NCBI GenBank assembly: GCA_963768305.1
Contig: CAVYHE010000007.1
Coordinates: forward strand, 64,001 to 128,000
Reading direction: 5' to 3'
DNA from: an uncultured bacterium
Lineage (GTDB): Bacteria; Margulisbacteria; WOR-1; CAVSGV01
Length of the DNA stretch: 64,000 nt
The notes under the pieces are model-generated. The model worked only from the letters and a program-made list of their open reading frames with translations. It was not told the DNA's origin and did not search any database. The translations under genes and the position numbers were made by a program. This document shows, piece after piece, positions 19,213 through 29,120 of this stretch. Position 1 is the stretch's first letter; the number at the start of each line of letters is the position of its first letter.

Positions 19213-20433
19213 TTACATCCGCCCATTTGTTTCTCCTTTATATATCGGAAACAATATCCTGATCTTAGCCACATTTTCCATCGCTGTATTCGCCCATCTC
19301 GGAAGCGGCTTGCTCAATGACATGTGATTTTCCGGCATCGGCTCCCAGGTATCCTTATCTTTATATTGCACCTCGACCAAGAATCTTTCAAGAAGCTTTT
19401 TTTGCCAGTCGGGAGATTCTATATCGTTTTCGTTATATCTCGGCTGAAGGAAATGCTTGAAAAATGGTGCTAATCCCTCGATCGACGGGTCGGTGGCATT
19501 GACCGGCCCGATCACCATCCACTGGGTAAGAGTGCGCGCAGTGATCATTTCCTTGCTCATGCCGTGGCCTGCCGGGATTATCTGGAATCCTCCTATCAGC
19601 CCGAGATGAGATGTCGCTATACAGATAACCCCCGCGTGGTTCGCTCTTATACGTCCTACATCAGCGTATTTGGTGCCGAGGAACCTGCCTACCCCTTCCA
19701 CAGGCCGCAATACCTGTCCGATGACCCGATCTTCTCCGTCGATATATTTAATAGTTATCAGCCCGCCGAACCTGTTCTCAAAATCTATCTCTTTCGGATA
19801 CCTCGCCGGCCGCTCAACATTGATAACGATCACATCGCCGTCTTTCGGGATATATCCGGTTTGCAAAGGAAGGAGCGCTCCGGCCGCGTCTGATGTGGAA
19901 ACAGTATTGCCGACGAAAGGAGAATATCCTCCGCCGAATATCCCCTGCCCCGCGCTGATATCGGTGTATATGGTCGCTTCCAGGCTCGATCTCAATTTAG
20001 GATCAGCTGAATAATATTCTTTGGGGACCAGGTTGAAAATAACGCCTTTGTCATCCACTGAATTATAATTCGTTTTGATATGTATAGCATTAACGGCAAT
20101 CGCCGCGACATCGCCGTCATTTATCCATTTTGAAGCCGTATATCCCTGGTCGCTGACCTGCTTCGCCGGAAGTATGACCTGCCCTACCGATGTCCAGGAA
20201 TCGCCTTTATTTTCGCTGACTTCGATGCTTCCGTCGGCAGTATTATTTATCCTTATCCTGTACATCTCGACCATCATCGGCCTGTTTTCGGGGGCAATTG
20301 ATTCTGATATGCCGATAGTAGTTAAGGAGGCGAATGAGGTTCCGTAAAGAATGATGAAACCCGCGACTAAAGTCGCGGTTAAAATCACAAATATCCGAGA
20401 CTTTAGTCTCGAGGCTTCCCATTTATTTTGCAT
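19213..20433 (-). CDS. Secreted hypothetical protein
   Basis: 406-aa ORF with signal-peptide-like N-terminus, downstream of pepA on the same strand. Confidence 0.7.
   Translation of the reverse strand: MQNKWEASRLKSRIFVILTATLVAGFIILYGTSFASLTTIGISESIAPENRPMMVEMYRIRINNTADGSIEVSENKGDSWTSVGQVILPAKQVSDQGYTASKWINDGDVAAIAVNAIHIKTNYNSVDDKGVIFNLVPKEYYSADPKLRSSLEATIYTDISAGQGIFGGGYSPFVGNTVSTSDAAGALLPLQTGYIPKDGDVIVINVERPARYPKEIDFENRFGGLITIKYIDGEDRVIGQVLRPVEGVGRFLGTKYADVGRIRANHAGVICIATSHLGLIGGFQIIPAGHGMSKEMITARTLTQWMVIGPVNATDPSIEGLAPFFKHFLQPRYNENDIESPDWQKKLLERFLVEVQYKDKDTWEPMPENHMSLSKPLPRWANTAMENVAKIRILFPIYKGETNGRM
20361..20411. repeat. Pair of REP-like palindromes
   Basis: CCGCGACT-AA-AGTCGCGG (20361-20378) and CGAGACT-TT-AGTCTCG (20396-20411). 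Confidence 0.6.
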
Positions 20434-20436
20434 TAA

Positions 20437-21933
20437 TTACAAATTTTGAAAGAAATCCGCAAGCAGCCTGACGCCATATCCTGTTGCGCCGGTTGAATGA
20501 TATGAACTTCCCTTATCAAGATACGCGGTGCCAGCTATGTCGATGTGGGTCCACGGAGTATCGCCGACGAATTTCTGCAGGAATATCCCTCCCACGGATG
20601 CGCTTGCCTTTCCTCCGCTTTCCGTGCAGTTAAGGATATCTGCGTTATCGCTCTTGAGGTATTCCTTGTATTCTTCATAAAGCGGCAGCCGCCATACTTT
20701 TTCACCGGTTGTCTTGGATGAACTGATAATGCCTTTCATCGTTTCTTCGTCGGTACCCATAACTCCCGCCGCTACATCGCCAAGCGCCACCCGGCAGCCG
20801 CCTGTAAGCGTGGCAATGTCGATAAGCTTGTTAGCTCCCAGCTCTTTCGCGTATGCAAGCGCGTCAGCAAGTATCAATCTTCCTTCCGCGTCCGTGCTGA
20901 TTATTTCGATCGTTTTGCCGGACAATGAACCGATGATATCCCCCGGTTTATAAGCATTTCCGCCGGGCATGTTCTCCGTTGCGGGGATGACGGCGATAAC
21001 ATTGACCTTAAGCTTCAGTTTAGCTATCAGCCTGATTGTCTCGATAGCAACAGCGCCGCCGGCCATATCTGTCTTCATTTCGGCAAGTTTCGATGGTGGC
21101 TTAAGCGATATCCCTCCGGAATCGAACGTTATGCCTTTCCCGACAAGTCCGTAAGTGTCCTTGCTGCCTCCGTTATATTTAAGGACTATGACCTTCGGCT
21201 CTTCCTTTGAACCGCGCGCGACGGAAGCAAGAGCGTCCATTCCCTTTTTTACGATCTCTTCCCTGCCGAGTATCTGGCATTCGACTTTGGCTTCTTTTGC
21301 CATTGTGGAAGCGTATTCCGCAAGATATGTGGGAGTAACAACATTTGAAGGGGAATTGCCAAGATCTTTCGCTTTATTCGCGCATTCTGCATAAGCTTTT
21401 GCTATTTCAATTTGAGGTTCAATCGCCTTTATCTTTTCAGGGTCATAATCGACGATGATGAACTCTTCGATCAAATCTTTGTCGTCATCATCTTCCGTTT
21501 TGAATCCCTTGAATTTGTATTCTCCGAGAAGAGCTCCCTCGACTATTGCCTGAGCTGCCTGTTTCGCGTCAAGCCCGCCTATTCCCGCGCCGTGGATTAT
21601 TGTCGCGATTTTTTTTGCTTTGCAGACCTTGGCGGCTTTTACCGCCGCATCAGTCACTATCCTGACCTTATCAAGGTCAAAATCCTCGCTTTTGCCAAGC
21701 CCGACGCATATGACCTCGTTCGCTTTTATTTTCCCGCGGGTTTGCAAGGGGTATGTGCTTCCAAGTTTTCCCTTGATCGCGCCTGAAGCAAGCAATTTCG
21801 ATATTTCCCCGTCGAGGGCCTTATCCACCGCTCCCGTCGCTCCTCCCGGATGCTTAACGCCTTCGAATTCATTGATGATAAGGACATCGCATTTGCAGTC
21901 TGTAACTGACGCGGATTCAAGTCTTATCTTCAT
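20437..21933 (-). CDS. pepA: Leucyl aminopeptidase (M17)
   Basis: VGKGITFDSGG, MKTDMAGG, TDAEGRL, DIATLTG. Confidence 0.95.
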   Translation of the reverse strand: MKIRLESASVTDCKCDVLIINEFEGVKHPGGATGAVDKALDGEISKLLASGAIKGKLGSTYPLQTRGKIKANEVICVGLGKSEDFDLDKVRIVTDAAVKAAKVCKAKKIATIIHGAGIGGLDAKQAAQAIVEGALLGEYKFKGFKTEDDDDKDLIEEFIIVDYDPEKIKAIEPQIEIAKAYAECANKAKDLGNSPSNVVTPTYLAEYASTMAKEAKVECQILGREEIVKKGMDALASVARGSKEEPKVIVLKYNGGSKDTYGLVGKGITFDSGGISLKPPSKLAEMKTDMAGGAVAIETIRLIAKLKLKVNVIAVIPATENMPGGNAYKPGDIIGSLSGKTIEIISTDAEGRLILADALAYAKELGANKLIDIATLTGGCRVALGDVAAGVMGTDEETMKGIISSSKTTGEKVWRLPLYEEYKEYLKSDNADILNCTESGGKASASVGGIFLQKFVGDTPWTHIDIAGTAYLDKGSSYHSTGATGYGVRLLADFFQNL

Positions 21934-21941
21934 AATCCCTC

Positions 21942-22518
21942 CTAGAACTTAACTTTGGGAACGGCTTTAGCGTTAGATGCGGCCTCAAAATACGGCTTTG
22001 CTTTTTCAAAACCGAACCAGTGGACAAATAAAGCGGTCGGAAATATTTTTGCCGCGGTATTATAAGATTGGACGGACTGGTTGTAGCGCATTCTTTCGGT
22101 GGCAATTCGATTTTCAGTCCCCGCCAGCTCATCCTGCAGCCTGATAAAGTTATCGCTCGCCTTCAGGTTCGGATAATTTTCCGCTATGGCAAGCAATCTG
22201 GACAGCGCTGAATTCATTTCGTTCGCGGCGACTATCTTGTCCGCCTGGGAACCCATTTTTATAGCGCCGGCCAATTTTGTCCTGGCCATCTGCGACTTGA
22301 ATGAATATCGATTTTTCATGGCTGGCATAACCTTTTACTGTCTCCACAAGGTTCGGTATCAGGTCGTTCCTCCTCTGGAGCTGATTTTCAACTTGGGCCC
22401 AGGACTGTGTAACATCCTGATCCAGCGAAACTAATTTATTATACATTCCGATAGTTGATAATATCAAAATTACCAGGATCCCGACGATCCACACCCACGG
22501 CTTATTCCACTTTTCCAT
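21942..22518 (-). CDS. lemA: LemA family protein (frameshift near 22290)
   Basis: [20 protein letters not shown] in one frame, ENYPNLKA...LAGTENRI in the other. Confidence 0.88.
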
Positions 22519-22533
22519 GATAATCCCTCCTTA

Positions 22534-23361
22534 TCAGAAACTCCGCCCTGCTCCTCCGCCGCCGCTTCGCCCGCCTCCGAACCCTCCGAAGCCGCCGCCT
22601 TCACCGCCAAAACCTCCGAAACCGCCTCCCATGCCTCCGTAACCGCCGTAATAGCCGCCGGAGGATATCATCATTCCGATCAAGAAACCCATGAATATCC
22701 CGGCTATGCCGGCAAGAAAATAGCCGATGATCGCCCCAAAGATCCCGGAAATTATCGCGCCGATGACCGTCCTGCCGAGGAGCGCGAGAAGGAACACGAC
22801 GATTATAACAGAAACCGCCAGGAAAACTGAGAACAAGTTCAGGTTTATCTGCTCCACTTTTGTCGGCGGCTGGTTGGAATATTCCTCCGTGATGCGGTCA
22901 TAAAAGGCGAGCGCGGCCATGTATAAGCCCTTCCCGAAATCATTTTTCTTGAATTCCGGCATGGCGAACTTATCAAGCACCTGGCCCGCGAACCCGTCGG
23001 TGATTATTCCCTCCAGGCCGTAGCCGACCTCCACTTCCACTCTTCTTTCCTTTTGCACGAAAAGGATGAGAAGGCCGTTGTCTTTTCCTTTCTTGCCGAT
23101 CCCCCACTTCTCGAATAATTGAGTTGCATAGGTCTTTGTATCAAGGGGATATGTCGTTTTTAATGTCACCACCGCCAGCTCAGCACCGGTATCGTCCTTT
23201 AATTTCTGCCCGAGTACGGTCAGTTTTTCGGCATTCTCCGCGTCGATGATCTTCGCGAAGTCATTGACGTAGCCGTAATATTGCGGGAACTTGGCCGTGA
23301 CGCCGTAAGCGATAGACGCCAGGATAATGACGAACAATAAACTATTTAATGTCTTTTTCAT
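22534..23361 (-). CDS. TPM domain protein with Gly-rich tail
   Basis: WGIGKKGKDNG, EVGYGLEG, GGGRSGGGGAG; adjacent to lemA. Confidence 0.9.
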   Translation of the reverse strand: MKKTLNSLLFVIILASIAYGVTAKFPQYYGYVNDFAKIIDAENAEKLTVLGQKLKDDTGAELAVVTLKTTYPLDTKTYATQLFEKWGIGKKGKDNGLLILFVQKERRVEVEVGYGLEGIITDGFAGQVLDKFAMPEFKKNDFGKGLYMAALAFYDRITEEYSNQPPTKVEQINLNLFSVFLAVSVIIVVFLLALLGRTVIGAIISGIFGAIIGYFLAGIAGIFMGFLIGMMISSGGYYGGYGGMGGGFGGFGGEGGGFGGFGGGRSGGGGAGRSF

Positions 23362-23782
23362 TGAAGAATATGGCTATCTCCCTTTTCGCGGACTCAACTG
23401 AATCGGAACCGTGGCAGATGTTCATAATAGTGCCGTCCTCGGTGAAAAGCGGGTCGCCTATATTGTCGCCTCTGAAAGTCCCGGGACCGGCTTCTCTTGG
23501 ATCGGTCTTACCCATCATTTCCCTGATGCGACTGATTGCGTTTTCGCCTTCGATGACAGTCATTATGCACGGGCCAGACGTGATGAAATTTATCAGTCCG
23601 TCATAGAAAGGTTTTCCCTTGTGAACGTTATAAAGTTTCTCGGCCTGCTCTCTTGTGACCATTGTCCTGCGCCTGACAAGTATTTTGAATCCGGATTCAG
23701 TGATCTTGCTAAGGATAAGGTTTGAGAGGTATCTTTTTACTCCGTCAGGCTTCACCATGAAGAAGGTTCTTTCAACAGCCAT
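23342..23782 (-). CDS. ndk: Nucleoside diphosphate kinase
   Basis: MVKPDGV, HKGKPFY, NICHGSDS. Confidence 0.95.
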   Translation of the reverse strand: MAVERTFFMVKPDGVKRYLSNLILSKITESGFKILVRRRTMVTREQAEKLYNVHKGKPFYDGLINFITSGPCIMTVIEGENAISRIREMMGKTDPREAGPGTFRGDNIGDPLFTEDGTIMNICHGSDSVESAKREIAIFFNEKDIK

Positions 23783-23787
23783 CCGTA

Positions 23788-25158
23788 TTACGCTCTTTTC
23801 TTCGCGTTCGCTATTGCGCGCAGCACCTGCCTGGTAGCGGTGCCGCCGATAACATTTCGCGCCTCTATGCTTTTTTCGATGGTGATGGATGAATAAACGC
23901 TTTCATCAAAAATACCGGAGAATTTCCTAAAATCATGCAATAACAATTGATGGATCTCTTTGCCTGTTTTTTCACAGTATGCCACTATCTTTCCCGCTGT
24001 TTCATGCGCGGTCCTGAAAGGCATTCCCTTTTTTACCAGATAATCCGCGATATCCGTGGCGATAATGGTGTTCTTCACCGCGTTCTTCATGGCTTTCGCG
24101 TTGATCCTGATGCTTGCCAGCATTTCATTGAATATCACTAGCGAGGCAAGGAGGGTATCGATCGAATTGAAAAGCGGCTCTTTGTCCTCCTGAAGGTCCC
24201 TATTATATGTAAGGGACAGTCCCTTCATCACGGTAAGGATGTTTATGAGGTCGCCGTAAACCCTGCCCGTTTTTCCCCGCACAAGCTCGGCCACGTCCGG
24301 GTTCTTTTTCTGGGGCATCAGCGAGCTGCCGGTCGTGAAAGCGTCCGCTATTTCCATGAATTCATAATCCGACGACGACCACAGGATCAATTCGGAGCAG
24401 AAACGCGAAAGATGCATCATTGAAAGCGAGATGCAGAAAAGCGTTTCCGCGACAAAATCGCGGTCCGACACGGCATCCAGGCTGTTCTGCGAGACGCGGC
24501 TGAATCTCAATTCCTTAGCCAGTTTTTCCCTGTCAATGGGATACGCCGATCCCGCCAGCGCGCCGGAGCCCAGATGGCATTACGTCTATCCTTTTAAGCG
24601 CGTCAGCGAAGCGCTCTTTGTCGCGCTGAAGCATTTCAAAATAAGCCATTATGTAATGGGAGAAAAGGATCGGCTGGGCCTGCTGCATGTGCGTGTAGCC
24701 CGGCATGATGACCGCGATATTTTTTTCGGCGATACCTATCAGGCTTTTCTGGAGAACTGATATCTTTGATGATATTTCGGATGATCTCTTTTTTCAAGTA
24801 CAAACGGAGGTCCGTCGCCACTTGATCGTTGCGGCTGCGGCCCGTGTGGAGTTTTTTTCCGGCCTCGCCGATCTTCTTGGTAAGAAGGCTTCGATGTTCA
24901 TGTGGATATCTTCGAGCGCTTCTTTGAACTTGATCGTTCCTTTTTCGATCCCCGACAGAATGACGTTCAATCCTTTTACTATCTTCACTGCTTCCGCTGA
25001 CGAGATGACATTCGCGCGCTTAAGCCGTTAGCCCACGCGATGCTTCCCGTCACGTCTTCCTTGAACAATCGCTTGTCGAAGTCGATGGATGACGTGAATT
25101 TTTCCGCCGCTTTGCTCATACCGCCCTTGAACCTGCCCGCCCAAAGTTTTTTCGCCAT
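23788..25158 (-). CDS. argH: Argininosuccinate lyase (at least four apparent frameshifts)
   Basis: [10 protein letters not shown] start, [29 protein letters not shown] spread across frames. Confidence 0.85.
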
Positions 25159-25159
25159 T

Positions 25160-26364
25160 TTATTTCTTGTTCTTCTTTCCCCAGACCTTTATCGGAAGCC
25201 CGAAAAGATTTATGAACCCCTCCGCGTCTTTTTGGTCGTAAACATTCTTCTTTTTCAAATGTGGCAAGGTTCAGCATCATATAGTGAATCAGATGATTTT
25301 CGCCCGACAACCGAGCAATTTCCTTTGTAAAGTTTAAGGCGGACAGTGCCGTTGACCGTTTTCTGGGTCTCATCGATGAATTTATCCAGCGATTCCCTAA
25401 GCGGCGAGAACCACTGGCCGTTGTATATCAGCTCGGCGAACTTTATGGCGGCTTTTTCCTTGTAATGCGCCGTATCGCGCTCGAGGGTTATTGATTCCAG
25501 GTCCTTGTGGGCCATCATCAATATCGTTCCGCCGGGGGTTTCGTAAACTCCGCGCGATTTAATGCCGACTAACCGGTTTTCAACGATATCGATGCGGCCG
25601 ATCCCGTTCTTTCCGCCGATCTCATTGAGTTTCGAGACAAGCAATACTCCATCCATTCCCTTGCCATCAATTGCCTTTGGAACGCCCTTCTCGAACGTGA
25701 TCTCTATATATGTAGGCTTATCCGGCGCTTTTTCTGGCGAAACGGAAAGTGTGAACATGTCTTCGGTCGGCTCGTTCCATATGTTTTCGAGTATCCCGCC
25801 TTCATAGCTTATGTGCCACAGGTTCCTGTCGGAGGAATACGGCTTTGCTTTTGTAACGGGGACAGGTATCCCTTTTTTCTTGGCGTATTCCATTTCTTCC
25901 TCGCGCGACTTAATGTCCCACTCGCGCCACGGAGCGATTATCTTCAGCTCCGGCGCAAGCGCTTTATAAGTTAGCTCAAAGCGCACTTGGTCGTTGCCTT
26001 TTCCGGTTGCGCCGTGTGCTACCGCGTCGGCCCCTTCTTTTTTAGCTATTTCAACTTGGCGTTTCGCGATAAGCGGGCGGGCGATCGATGTGCCAAGCAG
26101 ATAACGGCCTTCATAAACAGCGCCGGCCTTTACCATCTTGAAAATATAATCCTCTACAAATTCTTTTTTCAGGTCTTCGATATAAACTTTTGAAGCGCCG
26201 GTCTTCATCCCTTTTTCCTGCAAACCTGACAGCTCTTCGGCCTGCCCCACGTCGGCGGCCATGGCAATGACTTCGCAGCCGTAATTGTCTTTCAGCCACG
26301 GGATCATCACGGAAGTATCAAGTCCTCCAGAATAAGCTAAAATAACCTTTTTAATTTTATTCAT
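25160..26364 (-). CDS. argG: Argininosuccinate synthase (frameshifts near 25245-25275)
   Basis: [24 protein letters not shown]-terminus [16 protein letters not shown] in another frame. Confidence 0.92.
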
Positions 26365-26419
26365 GATTTTTTCCTTTTTCTTTAACTATTAACTCTTAAC
26401 TAATAACTTTTAACTTTTC

Positions 26420-27356
26420 CTAATCTTCCAGTAACAATGCCAATATCGCTTTTTGGACATGCAAACGATTTTCCGCCTGATCGAACACGACCGAATGCCT
26501 GCCGTCCAGGACATCGTCGGTTATTTCCTGTCCGCGGTGCGCCGGCAGGCAGTGCATTACGATAACATCCCTTTTAGCCTTATTAACAAGAGTGTTATTT
26601 ACCTGGAAATTCCTGAAAGCGATCTTCCTTTTTAATTCTTCCCTTTCCTGCCCCATGGAGGTCCAGACATCGGTGTAAATCACGTCGGCGCCGACCACCG
26701 CGTCCTTCGCGCTGTTAACGATGCTGATCGTTGCCTTTGACCTTATTGCATCTTCTTTTGCGATATTCAATATGTTCTTGCTTGGCTCGTATCCCTTCGG
26801 GCAGGCGGCGATGAATTCCATCCCGGTCTTCGAGCACGCGGACATAAGGGTATTGCATACATTATTACCGTCGCCCTATATACGCCACTTTTACGCCCCT
26901 CAGCTTCCCTTTCTTTTCCCATATCGTGAAAAGGTCGGCCAGAGCCTGGCACGGATGGAGAAGGTTCGTCAGGCCGTTTATGACCGGCACGGAAGCGTTC
27001 TCCGCCAGGTGGACGACGTCATCGTGCGATGATGTCCTGATGACAATGCCGTCAACATAGCGGGATAAGGTGCGGGCGATATCGGATATCGTCTCGCCTT
27101 TGCCGAAACGCAGGCCGACAGCGTTCAATCCTATGGCAAGCCCGCCCAGCTGCCACATCCCCACTTCGAACGAGACACGGGTGCGGGTGGAGGGCTTATC
27201 GAATATCATGGCGACAACTTTGCCCTTCAGTAGCTTTGGAGTTTGCCTCTTTTTTGCCCTGCTTTTAAGGAATTTCGCAAGGTTGAAGATCATCTGTATC
27301 TCTTGCGGGGAGAGATCGTGGATGGTAATAAGGTCCTTATTTCGCAGTTTTGACAT
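26420..27356 (-). CDS. argF: Ornithine carbamoyltransferase (frameshift near 26875)
   Basis: STRTR, HPCQ, SMGQE, HCLPA. Confidence 0.92.
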
Positions 27357-27382
27357 AAAAAATCCCCCTTAAGGCGAGCTTA

Positions 27383-27411
27383 AATATACCATAAGAAAAG
27401 AGGGTTTTCAA
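27383..27411 (-). promoter_or_regulatory. Sigma70-type promoter of the arg operon
   Basis: TTGAAA-N17-TATATT with TG extension on the minus strand. Confidence 0.5.
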
Positions 27412-27460
27412 ACAGGGGGATGCTAAACGGGCAAGGCCGATATTCTATTGTCTTTTAGAA

Positions 27461-28155
27461 TCAGCAACGATCGTTTCGTGAGGCTTTATTGAATCGAGGC
27501 TGAAGTTCAATCATTTCGCCAATGATCTTCCTGAAATTTATCATAACGCGCGGCCGCTTTCGGCGAATTGCCGCCAAAAGCGCGAGGCAAGAAATAATTC
27601 GCGAGCGAAGAACGGGGCATAGGATTTTTTTTGGTATATTCACTGATATCAGTTATGGCCCTTTTTTTTAATTTTTCAAGTTCATCTTTTTTGGTATACC
27701 CTTCCAGGTTTACTAAATAGTTATTCCATTTTTTCATGCCGACCAGCCATTCCTTTAGCGAATCGCTTTTGTAACCATCAAATATGAAAAGTTCTGACTT
27801 GTAAGGTCAAAAATGTTAACGGCACCGTCTGGCTGTGATATATCCATGTACAATAATTCTCGCGCCCTATCTCAAATCGGCTTTCTTTTTCATTGAATGC
27901 TTCCGTCCAAACGCCCTTACTGCGATAACTCCCGTACAGAGTTGCGGCTTTCTTTAGATGATCATCCATAATAAAGCCGAGGTCCCTAAATTCCTTTATG
28001 GCTTCCTTGCCTGATTCACTGGGAAATGCAGCATCATTGAATGGGTAAGATATTCTTCTATTGAACCAGATCGAATTTCCCGCCTTTATATCCCTTCGCG
28101 CGGCTCTTACGGCTTTGAATCTATTTATATCGTGAATGTTTCCCAATCTATACAA
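27461..28155 (-). CDS. Orphan protein, probably one gene broken into ORFs 27778..28155, 27507..27737 and 27461..27643
   Basis: AGGAGG RBS before TTG at 28155; consecutive same-strand ORFs whose open frames overlap. Confidence 0.4.
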
Positions 28156-28167
28156 GATATTTCCTCC

Positions 28168-28998
28168 TTATACACTCTGGTTACGTTGAGAATTCTTTAG
28201 AGCTTGTTCTTTGTCAAAAAGTGTTTTCGCTTTTAAGAGAAGGTCCTCTTCGTCAAACTTCAATGGAATTTGCTGATCAGATGCAGGGCTGAGTTTTTTC
28301 TCCGTCGGAGGCTGGCGTCTGACCATGACCGTTTCCTGATATCGAGCCAGGAGTTTAAGCCCGCGCTGTTTGATCAGATGCGGATTAAATTTAATACTGG
28401 CGGAAACTTTTTCTGCGCAAAATTCACAAGTAAATGTTGCCCTGACATTAGGCGTGTCCTTTTTTAGTTGTTCGAAATAAACATCGATCAGTTTTACTTT
28501 CACAAATTTTCCCTCAGTAAGATCTTTGTGAGCAAGTTCCATTTGAGCCGGCGATATAGATTCCGGCTCGGCTGGAGATTGAGGTTTTTGGTCAGTGCCA
28601 TTATCAGATCCGAGGTAGACCTTCTGCAGCGAAAGAAGGAAATTACCCTCTTTCATAGAATGACTGACAATTTTTGCAAAAAAGATCGCATAACCTTTTT
28701 CATGGATTATTGCCGCGATTTCCTTGAATCTTGTTTCTCTAACTGCGGAATGAGGAAGGAAAGCTTGGCATTGGTCAGGTACGGCATCCATGATCCTGGC
28801 CTTAAATCCATCAGGATTTCGCCTTGATTCACCAATAACTTTAAATGCAATTACTTTAACAATATCGCCAATTTTAGGCTTGATAAGTTGCACTTGGCCA
28901 GGTATCGAAGCAACTTTCCTGAAAGGCGTGCCGCTAAACCTGTTGTTCGGCCCTATTCCGTTCCTATATTCCAAATGTCCTCTTGATATGTTTTCCAT
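28168..28998 (-). CDS. Orphan protein with possible S1/OB-like domain
   Basis: PKIGDIVKV...AFLPHSAV...AKIVS...LLSLQK resembles the S1 pattern. Confidence 0.55.
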   Translation of the reverse strand: MENISRGHLEYRNGIGPNNRFSGTPFRKVASIPGQVQLIKPKIGDIVKVIAFKVIGESRRNPDGFKARIMDAVPDQCQAFLPHSAVRETRFKEIAAIIHEKGYAIFFAKIVSHSMKEGNFLLSLQKVYLGSDNGTDQKPQSPAEPESISPAQMELAHKDLTEGKFVKVKLIDVYFEQLKKDTPNVRATFTCEFCAEKVSASIKFNPHLIKQRGLKLLARYQETVMVRRQPPTEKKLSPASDQQIPLKFDEEDLLLKAKTLFDKEQALKNSQRNQSV

Positions 28999-29031
28999 TT
29001 ATTATTTTTCCTTCGATATTCAGTCTTATAT

Positions 29032-29066
29032 TTATCGTCATTTTTCCCACTAAATTTCACTTTTTT
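29032..29066 (-). promoter_or_regulatory. Sigma28-like promoter motif, copy 2
   Basis: AAAAAAGTGAAA-TTTAGTGGGAAAAAT-GACGATAA. Confidence 0.65.
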
Positions 29067-29120
29067 GAGACTTATATTTAAATGCGACAATTTTCCCTCG
29101 GGAATGTTAAAATAACCATC

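Noticed and set aside
29082..29120. ORF-track start for the fusion protein
   Set aside because: HypC needs an N-terminal Met-Cys, and a -10 box lies within this extension.
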